From the human T2T-CHM13v2.0 reference genome, Homo sapiens, in NCBI RefSeq assembly GCF_009914755.1, contig NC_060933.1: 64,000 nt of DNA; one strand, written 5' to 3'. This document shows, piece after piece, positions 54,016-64,000 of the stretch; the first letter of the stretch is position 1, and each line of letters opens with the position of its first letter. The notes under the pieces are model-generated. The model did not search any database, was not told where the DNA came from, and worked only from the letters and a program-made list of their open reading frames with translations. The position numbers were made by a program, and so were the translations under genes.

Positions 54016-57000
54016 TCCATTCCATTCCATTGCATTCCATTCCATGCCATTCCACTCGGGTTGATTCCATTCCTTTGCATTCCATTCCATTCCATTCCAT
54101 TCCATTCCATTCCATTCCATTCCGTTGCATTCCATTCTATTACATTCGGATTGATTCTATTCAACTCCCTTACTGTCCATTACATTCTATTCCATTCGGG
54201 TTGTTCCATTCCATTCCATTCCATTCCACTCCATTCCATTGCACTCGGGTTGATTCCATTCCATTGCATTCCATTCCATTCCATTCCATTCCGGATGATT
54301 CCATTCCATTGCATTCCGTTCCATTACATTCCCCTGCACTCGCGTTGATTCCATTCCATTCCATTCCATTCTATTCAATTCCATTGCATTACAATTCGTT
54401 CCATTCCATTCCATTCCGTTCCATTCCATTCCATTCCATTCCGTTCCATTCCGTTCAATTCCATTCCATTCCATTCTATTCCAATCCATTCCATTCCGTT
54501 CCGTTCCATTCCATTCCATTCCATTCCATTCTATTCGGGTTAATTCCATTCCATTCCATTCGATTGCAATCGAGTTGATTCCATTCCATTCCATTCCATT
54601 CCATTCCATTCCATTCCATTCCTTTCCATTCCATTACGGATGATTCCATTCCATTGCATTCCATTCCATTCCATTCCCCTGTACTCGGGTTCATTCCATT
54701 CCATTCCATTCCAATCCATGCCATTCCACTCGTGTTGATTCCATTCTTTCCATTCCATTCAAGTTGAATCCATTCCTTTGCATTCCATTCCATTCCATTC
54801 CCCTGCAGTCGGGTTGATTCCATTCCATTCCATTCCATTCCATTCCATTCCTTTCCGTTCCGTTCCGTTCCATTCCATTCCATTCCATTCTATTCGGTTA
54901 ATTCCATTCCATTCCATTCCATTCCATTCCATTCCAGTCGAGTTGATTCCATTCCATTCCATTCCATTCCATTCCACTCCATTCCAGTCCTTTCCATTCC
55001 ATTCCACTCGGGTTGATTCCAATGTATTCCTTTCCATTCCATTCCATTCCATTGCAATCGAGTTGATTCCATTGCTTTGCATTCCATTCCATTCCATTCC
55101 ATTCCGGATGATTCCATTCCATTGCATTCCATTCCATTCCATTCCCCTGCACTCGGGTTGATTCCATTCCATTCCACTCCATTCCGTTCCATTCCATTCC
55201 ATTCCATTGTATTCGGTTTAATTTCATTCCATTCCATTCCATTCCATTCCATTCCATTACAATCGAGTTGATTCCATTCCATTCCATTCCATGCCATTCC
55301 ATTCCATTCCATTCCAGTCCTTTCCATTCCATTCCACTCGGGTTGATTCCATTCTATTAGTTTCCATTCCATTCCATTCCCTTCCATTCCACTCTGGTTG
55401 ATTCCATTCCTTTCCATTCCACTCGAATACATTCCCTCCTATTCCACTCGGAACGATTCCATTCCATTCCATTCCATTCCATTCCATTCCATTCCATTTC
55501 GTTCCATTCCATTCTATTCCCTATTATTCCATTCCATTCCATTCCATTCCATTCCACTCGTGTTGATTCCATTCCTTTCCATTCCATTCGGTTTGAAGGC
55601 ATTCCATTCCATTCCATTCCATTCCTTTCCATTGTACTCGGGTTGATTGCATTCCATTGCATTGCATTCCATTCCATTCCGTTGCATTCCATTCCATTAC
55701 ATTCGGAATGATTCTATTCAACTCCCTTACTCTCCATTACATTCCATTCCATTCGGGTTGTTCCATTCCATTCCATTCCATTCCACTCCATTCCATTGCA
55801 CTCGGGTTGATTCCATTCCACTCCATTCCATTCCATTCCATTCCATTCCATTCCGGATGATTCCATTCCATTGCATTCCGTTCCATTACATTCCCCTGCA
55901 GTCGCGTTGATTCCATTCCATTCCATTCAATTCCATTCCATTACAATTCGTTACATTCCATTCTATTCCGTACCATTCCATTCCATTCCATACCATTCCA
56001 TTCCATTCCATTCCATTCCATTCCGTTCCATTCCGTTCCATTGCATTCAATTCCATTCTATTCGGGTTAATTCCATTCCATTCCATTCCATTCCATTCTA
56101 TTCCATTCCATTGCAATCGAGTTGAATCCATTGCATTTCATTCCATTCCATTCCATTCCATTCCATTCCGTTCCTTTCCATTCCATTCCATTCCATTCTA
56201 TTCGGGTTAATTCCATTCCATTCCATTCGATTGCAATCGAGTTGATTCCATTCCATTGCATTCCATTCCATTCGATTCCATTCGATTGCACTCGGGTTGA
56301 TTCCATTCCATTGCATTCCATTCCATTCCATTCCATTCCATTCCATTCTATTCCATACAGTTCCATTCCTTTCCATTACATTCGGATTGATTCTATTCAA
56401 TTCCCTTACACTCCATTCCATTCCATTCCATTCGGGTCGTTTCCAGTCCATTGCATTCCATTCCTCTCCATTCCATTGCACTCGGGTTGATTCCATTCCA
56501 TTGCATTCCATTCCATTCCATTCAATTCCATTCCGTTCCATTCCATTCCATTACATTCGGATTGATTCTATTCAACTCCCTTACTCTCCATTACATTCCA
56601 TTCCATTCGGGTTGTTCCATTCCATTCCATTCCATTCCACTCCATTCCATTGCACTCGGATTTATTCCATTCCATTCCATTCCATTCCATTCCTTTCCGG
56701 AAGATTCCATTCCATTGCATTCCCTTCCATTCCATTCCCCTGCACTCGCGTTGATTCCGTTCCATTCCATTCCATTCCATTCCATTCCATTCCGTTCCGT
56801 TCCATTCCATTCCATTCCATTCCATTCTATTCGGGTTAATTCCATTCCATTCCATTCGATTGCAATCGTGTTGATTCCATTCCATTCCATTCCATTCCAT
56901 TCCATTCCATTCCATTGCTTTCCATTCCATTACGGATGATTCCATTCCATTGCATTCCATTCCATTCCATTCCCCTGTACTCGGGTTGATTCCATTCCAT

Positions 57001-58054
57001 TGCATTCCAATCCATGCCCTTCCACTCGTGTTGATTCCATTCTTTCCATTCCATTCAAGTTGAATCCATTCCATTGCATTCCATTCAATTCGATTCCATT
57101 CGATTGCACTCGGGTTGATTCCATTCCATTGCATTCCATTCCATTCCATTCCATTCCATTCCGTTCCATTCCATTCCATTACATTCGGATTGATTCTGTT
57201 CAATTCCCTTACACTCCATTACATTCCATTGCATTCGGGTAGTTTCCATTCCATTCCATTCCATTCCTCTCCATCCCATTGCACTCGGGTTGATTCCATT
57301 CCATTGCATTCCATTCCATTCCATTCAATTCCATTCCGTTCCATTCCATTCCATTACATTCGGATTGATTCTATTCAACTCCCTTACTCTCCATTACATT
57401 CTATTCCATTCGGGTTGTTCCATTCCATTCCATTCCATTCCACTCCATTCCATTGCACTCGGGTTTATTCCATTCCATTCCATTCCATTCCATTCCGGAA
57501 GATTCCATTCCATTGCATTCCATTCCATTCCATTCCCCTGCACTCGCTTTGATTCCATTCCATTCCATTCCATTCCATTCCATTCCATTCCGTTCTGTTC
57601 TGTTCCGTTCCGTTCCATTCCATTCCATTCCATTCTATTCGGGTTAATTCCATTCCATTCCATTCGATTGCAATCGAGTTGATTCCATTCCATTCCATTC
57701 CATTCCATTCCATTCCATTCCTTTCCATTCCATTACGGATGATTCCATTCCATTGCATTCCATTCCATTCCATTCCCCTATACTCGGGTTGATTCCATTC
57801 CATTCCATTCCAATGCATGCCATTCCACTCGTGTTGATTCCATTCTTTCCATTCCATTCAAGTTGAATCCATTCCATTGCATTCCATTCCATTCGATTCC
57901 ATTCAATTGCACTCGGGTTGATTCCATTCCATTGCACTCCATTCCATTCCATTTCATTCCTTTCCATTCCTTTCCACTCCATTCCATTCCATTCCATTCC
58001 ATTCCATTCCATTGCAATCCAGTTGATTCCATTCCATTCCTTTCCATTCCATTC

Positions 58055-58275
58055 CATTGCCTTGCATTCCACTCGGCTTGATTCCATTCCCTTCTTTCCC
58101 CTCCATTACATTCCCTTCCATTCCACTCGGAATGATTGATTCCATTCCATTCCATTCCATTTCATTCCATTGCAATCCATTCCAATCCATTCCATTCCAT
58201 TCCATTCCACTCGAGTTGATTTCATTCCATTCCTTTCCATTCCATTCCATTCCTTTCCACTCGAGTTGATTCCAT
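58055..58275 (+). repeat. Rare divergent module, copy 3 of 3 (intact hairpin)
   Basis: CATTCC-ACTC-GGAATG at 58119-58134; CTCGAG at 58210 and 58260. Confidence 0.9.
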
Positions 58276-60004
58276 TCCATTGCATTCCATTCCATACCAT
58301 TCCAGTCGGGTTGATTCCATTCCTTTCCATTCCATTTCATTCCATTCCATTCCATTCCATTCCATTCCATTTCGTTCCATTCCATTCTATTCCGTATCAT
58401 TCCATTCCATTCCATTCGATTCCATTCCATTCCATTCGATTCCATTCCATTGTACTCGGGTTGATTCCATTCCATTGCATTCCATTCCATTCTATTCCAT
58501 TCCATTCCATTCCATTCCGTTCCATTGCATTACATTCAGATTGATTCTTTTCAACTCCCTTACTCTCCATTACATTCCATTCCATTCGGATTGTTCCATT
58601 CCATTCCATTCCATTCCACTCCATTCCATTGCACTCGGGTTGATTCCATTCCATTCCATTGCATTCCATTCCGGATGATTCCATTCCATTGCATTCCGTT
58701 CCATTACATTCCCCTGCACTCGGGTTGATTCCATTCCATTCCATTCCATTCCATTCGATTCCATTCCATTCCCCTGCACTCGCGTTTATTCCATTCCATT
58801 CCATTCCATTCCATTCCATTCCATTCCATTCCATTCCATTCCATTCCTTTCCATTCCAGTCCTTTCCATTCCATTCCACTCGGGTTGATTCCATTCTATT
58901 AGTTTCCATTCCATTCCATTCCCTTCCATTCCACTCTGGTTGATTCCATTCCTTTCCATTCCACTCGAATACATTCCCTCCTATTCCACTCGGAACGATT
59001 CCATTCCATTCCATTCCATTCCATTCCATTCCATTCCATTCCATTCCATTTCGTTCCATTCCATTCTATTCCGTATCATTCCATTCCATTCCATTCCATT
59101 CCATTCCATTCCACTCGTGTTGATTTCATTCCTTTCCATTCCATTCGATTTGAAGGCATTCCATTCCATTCCATTCCATTCCATTCCATTCCATTCCATT
59201 GTACTCGGGTTGATTCCATTCCATTGCATTCCATTCCATTCCATTCCATTCCATTCCGTTGCATTCCATTCCATTACATTCGGATTGATTCTATTCAACT
59301 CCCTTAATCTCCATTACATTCCATTCCATTCGGGTTGTTCCATTCCATTCCATTCCATTCCACTCCATTCCATTGCACTCGGATTTATTCCATTCCATTC
59401 CATTCCATTCCATTCCGGATGATTCCATTCCATTGCATTCCGTTCCATTACATTCTCCTGCACTCGGGTTGATTCCATTCCATTCCATTCCATTCCATTC
59501 TATTCCATTCCATTCCAATTCTTTCCATTCCATTCTATTCCGTTACATTCCATTCCATTCCATACAATTCCATTCCATTCCATTCCATTCCGTTCCGTTA
59601 CGTTCCGTTCCGTTCCATTCCATTCCATTCCATTCTATTCGGTTTAATTCCATTCCATTCCATTCCATTCCATTCTATTCCATTCCATTGCAATCGAGTT
59701 GAATCCATTGCATTCCATTCCATTCCATTCCATTCCATTCCGGAAGATTCCATTCCATTGCATTCCATTCCATTCCATTCCATTCCATTCCATTCCATTC
59801 CATTCCATTCCATTGTACTCGGGTTGATTCCATTCCATTGCATTCCATTCCATTCCATTCCATTCCATTCCATTCCGTTCCATTCCATTCCATTACATTC
59901 GGATTGATTCTTTTCAACTCCCTTACTCTCCATTACATTCCATTCCATTCGGGTTGTTCCATTCCATTCCAGTCCATTCCACTCCATTCCATTGCACTCG
60001 GGTT

Positions 60005-63000
60005 GATTCCATTCCATTCCATTCCATTCCATTCCGTTCCGTTCCATTCCATTCCATTCCATTCCATTCCGTTCCGTTCCATTCCATTCCATTCCATTCT
60101 ATTCTGCTTAATTCCATTCCATTCCATTCGATTGCAATCGAGTTGATTCCATTCCATTCCATTCCATTCCATTCCATTCCATTCCATTCCATTCCTTTCC
60201 ATTCCATTACGGATGATTCCATTCCATTGCGTTCCAGTCCATTCCATTCACCTGTACTCGGGTTGATTCCATTCCATTCCATTCCAATCCATGCCATTCC
60301 ACTCGTGTTGATTCCATTCTTTCCATTCCATTCAAGTTGAATCCATTCCATTGCATTCCATTCCATTCGATTCCATTCGATTGCACTCGGGTTGATTCCA
60401 TTCCATTGCATTCCATTCCATTCCATTCCATTCCATTCCATTCCGTTCCATTCCATTCCATTACATTCGGATTGATTCTAATCAATTCCCTTGCACTCCA
60501 TTACATTCCATTCAATTCGGGTAGTTTCCATTCCATTCCATTCCATTCCTCTCCATTCCATTGCACTCGGGTTGATTACATTCCATTGCATTCCGTTCCA
60601 TTCCATTCAATTCCATTCCGTTCCATTCCATTCCATTACATTCGGGTTGATTCTATTCAACTCCCTTACTCTCCATTACATTCCATTCCATTCGGGTTGT
60701 TCCATTCCATTCCATTCCATTCCACTCCATTCCATTGCACTCGGGTTTATTCCATTCCATTCCATTCCATTCCATTCCATTCCATTCCATTCAATTCCGG
60801 AAGATTCCATTCCATTGCATTCCATTCCATTCCATTTCCCTGCACTCGCGTTGATTCCATTCCATGACATTCCATTCCATTCCATTCCATTCCTTTCCGT
60901 TCCATTCCATTCCATTCCATTCCATTCCATTCCAATCCATTCCATTCCGTTCCGTTCCGTTCCATTCCATTCCATTCCATTCTATTCGGGTTAATTCCAT
61001 TCCATTCCATTCGATTGCAATCGAGTTGATTCCATTCCATTCCATTCCATTCCATTCCATTCCATTCCTTTCCATTCCATTATGGATGATTCCATTCCAT
61101 TGCATTCCATTCCATTCCATTCCCCTGTACTCGGGTTGATTCCATTCCATTCCATTCCAATCCATGCCATTCCACTCGTGTTGATTCCATTCTTTCCATT
61201 CCATTCAAGTTGAATCCATTCCATTGCATTCTATTCCATTCCATTCCCCTGCAGTCGGGTTGTTTCCATTCCATTCCATTCCATTCCATTCCATTCCATT
61301 CCATTCCATTCCGTTCTGTTCCATTCCATTCCATTCCATTCTATTCGGGTTAATTCCATTCCATTCCATTCCATTCCATTCCATTCCATTCCAATCGAGT
61401 TGATTCCATTCCATTCCATTCCATTCCATTCCACTCCATTCCAGTCCTTTCCATTGCATTCCACTCGGGTTGATTCCAATATATTCCTTTCCATTCCGTT
61501 CCATTCCATTGCAATCGAGTTGATTCCATTGCTTTGCATTCCATTCCATTCCATTCCATTCCGGATGATTCCATTCCATTGCATTCCATTCCATTCCATT
61601 CCCCTGCAGTGGGGTTGATTCCATTCCATTCCACTCCATTCCGTTCCATTCCATTCCATTGCATTGTATTCGGGTTAATTCCATTCCATTCCATTCCATT
61701 CCATTCCATTCCATTCCATTCCATTAAAATCGAGTTGATTCCATTCCATTCCATTCCATTCCAGTCCTTTCCATTCCATTCCTCTCGGGTTGATTCAATT
61801 CCATTGAATTCCATTCCATTCCTCTCGGGTTGATTCAATTCCATTGCATTCCATTCCATTCCATTCCATTCCATTCCGTTGCATTCCATTCCATTACATT
61901 CGGATTGATTCTATTCAACTCCCTTACTCTCCATTACATTCCATTCCATTCGGGTTGTTCCATTCCATTCCATTCCATTCCACTCCATTCCATTGCACTC
62001 GGGTTGATTCCATTCCATTCCATTCCATTCCGTTCCATTCCATTCCATTCCATTCCATTCCGGATTATTCCATTCCATTGCATTCCGTTCCATTACATTC
62101 CCCTGCACTCGCGTTGATTCCATTCTATTCCATTCCATTCCAGTCCATTACAATTCGTTCCATTCCATTCTATTCCGTACCATTCCATTCCATTCCATTC
62201 CATTCCATTCCATTCCATTCCATTCCGTTCCGTTCCGTTCCGTTCCATTCCATTCCATTCCATTCTATTCGAATTAATTCCATTCCATTCCATTCCATTC
62301 CATTCTATTCCATTCCATTGCAATCGAGTTGAATCCATTGCATTTCATTCCATTCCATTCCATTCCATTCCATTCCGGAAGATTCCATTTCATTGCATTC
62401 CATTCCATTCCATTCCCCTGCACTCGCGTTGATTCCATTCCATTCCATTCCATTCCGTTCCGTTCCTTTCCATTCCATTCCATTCCATTCCATTCCGTTC
62501 CGTTCCATTCCATTCCATTCCATTCTATTCGGGTTAATTCCATTCCATTCCATTCGATTGCAATCGAGTTGATTCCATTCCTTTCCATTCCATTCCATTC
62601 CATTCCATTCCATTCCATTCCATTCCTTTCCATTCCATTACGGATGATTCCATTCCATTGCATTCCATGCCATTCCATTCCCCTGTACTCGGGTTGATTC
62701 CATTCCATTCCATTCCAAGCCATGCCATTCCACTCGTGTTGATTCCATTCTTTCCATTCCATTCAAGTTGAATCCATTCCATTGCATTCCATTCCATTCC
62801 ATTCCCCTGCAGTCGGGTTGATTCCATTGCATTCCATTCCATTCCATTCCATTCCGTTCCGTTCCTTTCCATTCCATTCCATTCCATTCCATTCTATTCG
62901 GGTTAATTCCATTCCATTCCATTCCATTCCATTCCATTCCATTCCAATCGAGTTGATTCCATTCCATTCCATTCCATTCCATTCCACTCCATTCCAGTCC

Positions 63001-63745
63001 TTTCCATTCCATTCCACTCTGGTTGATTCCAATGTATTCCTTTCCATTCCATTCCATTCCATTGCAATCGAGTTGATTCCATTGCTTTGCATTCCATTCC
63101 ATTCCATTCCATTCCGGATGATTCCATTCCATTGCTTTCCATTCCATTCCATTCCCCTGCACTCGGGTTGATTCCATTCCATTCCACTCCATTCCGTTCC
63201 ATTCCATTCCATTCCATTGTATTCGGGTAAATTCCATTCCATTCCATTCCATTCCATTCCATTCCATTACAATCAAGTTGATTCCATTCCATTCCATTCC
63301 ATTCCATTCCAGTCCTTTCCCTTCCATTCCACTCGGGTTGATTCCATTCTATTAATTTCCATTCCATTCCATTCCCTTCCATTCCACTCTGGTCGATACC
63401 ATTCCTTTCCATTCCACTCGAATACATTCCCTCCTATTCCACTCGGAACGATTCCATTCCATTCCATTCCATTCCATTCCATTCCATTCCATTCCATTCC
63501 ATTCCATTTCGTTCCATTCCATTCTATTCCGTATCATTCCATTCCATTCCATTCCATTCCATTCCATTGTACTCAGGTTGATTCAATTCCATTGCATTCC
63601 ATTCCATTCCATTCCATTCCATTCCATTCCGTTGCATTCCATTCCATTACATTCGGATTGATTCTATTCAACTCCCTTACTCTCCATTACATTCCATTCC
63701 ATTCGGGTTGTTCCATTCCATTCCATTCCATTCCACTCCATTCCA
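60005..63745 (+). repeat. ~3.75 kb segment, copy 2 of ~44700-48445
   Basis: Same rare variants as copy 1. ORF-track twins 45036/60337 and 48050/63352. Confidence 0.95.
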
Positions 63746-64000
63746 TTGTACTCGGGTTTATTCCATTCCATTCCATTCCGGAAGATTCCATTCCATTGCA
63801 TTCCATTCCATTCCATTCCCCTGCACTCGCGTTGATTCCACTCCATTCCATTCCATTCCATTCCATTCCATTCCTTTCCGTTCCATTCCATTCCATTCCA
63901 TTCCATTCCATTCCATTCCATTCCGTTCCGTTCCATTCCGTTCCGTTCCATTCCATTCCATTCCATTCTATTCGGGTTAATTCCATTCCATTCCATTCGA

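Larger units (their letters stand above)
1..64000 (+). repeat. Human-type classical satellite 3 (HSat3/Sat III) array, (CATTC)n/(GAATG)n, pericentromeric heterochromatin
   Basis: Continuous ATTCC pentamers across the whole window, with ACTCGGGTTG (reverse complement CAACCCGAGT, the classical Sat III decamer) every few hundred bp or less. It lacks the dominant CATTCGATTC/GATGAT texture of HSat2. Single orientation throughout. Confidence 0.98.
1..64000 (+). repeat. Probable 9q12-type HSat3 subfamily (HSat3B5-like); chromosome assignment is inference
   Basis: Very pure CATTC runs, abundant CAACCCGAGT, no fixed-period unit (unlike the ~3.5 kb DYZ1 or ~1.8 kb acrocentric arrays), and dense HSE motifs consistent with known HSF1 binding at 9q12. 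Not confirmed by alignment. Confidence 0.55.

Noticed and set aside
55701-55712. CATTCGGAATG as an inversion breakpoint
   Set aside because: A single T>A change in the common ATTCGGATTG landmark; orientation is unchanged on both sides.
1-64000. CRISPR-like array (palindromic repeats with intervening sequence)
   Set aside because: The intervening DNA is itself CATTC repeat of variable length, not unique spacers; there are no cas genes or leader.
1-64000. Fixed-period HOR such as DYZ1 (~3.5 kb) or a 1.8 kb unit
   Set aside because: Landmark spacings are irregular (e.g. CTCGAATAC at ~2317, 4144, 6645, 7929, 19203, 24697); the 1.8 and 3.2 kb offsets are local duplications only.
1-64000. Embedded Alu/L1/alpha satellite, telomeric repeat, tRNA/rRNA or G-quadruplex
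   Set aside because: No non-satellite stretch longer than ~30 bp, no poly(A) or target-site duplication, no TTAGGG runs, and no clustered G3 tracts.

Overview
The whole 64 kb is one uninterrupted array of classical human-type satellite 3 (HSat3 / Sat III). It is a (CATTC)n pentamer backbone punctuated by the diagnostic ACTCGGGTTG decamer (CAACCCGAGT on the - strand) and a small set of other recurring landmarks. The C/T-rich strand is + throughout. I saw no inversion, transposon, unique sequence or credible gene; all ORFs are MEWNG/FHSIP artefacts of a stop-free pentamer. There is no fixed-period higher-order repeat. The array is instead a mosaic of a ~0.86 kb and a ~1.4-1.9 kb module path, overlaid by recent duplications: ~2.15 kb x2.4, ~3.18 kb x2 plus a partial copy, 0.65 kb x2, 1.815 kb x2, and a 3.75 kb copy 15.3 kb away. 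Three signals stand out: roughly 45-50 perfect three-pentamer heat-shock elements (ATTCCGGAAGATTCC); landmarks that are mostly palindromes or small inverted copies; and a 12-bp deletion that removes a hairpin. Counts and boundaries were read by eye and are approximate. I find no evidence of a novel coding system.
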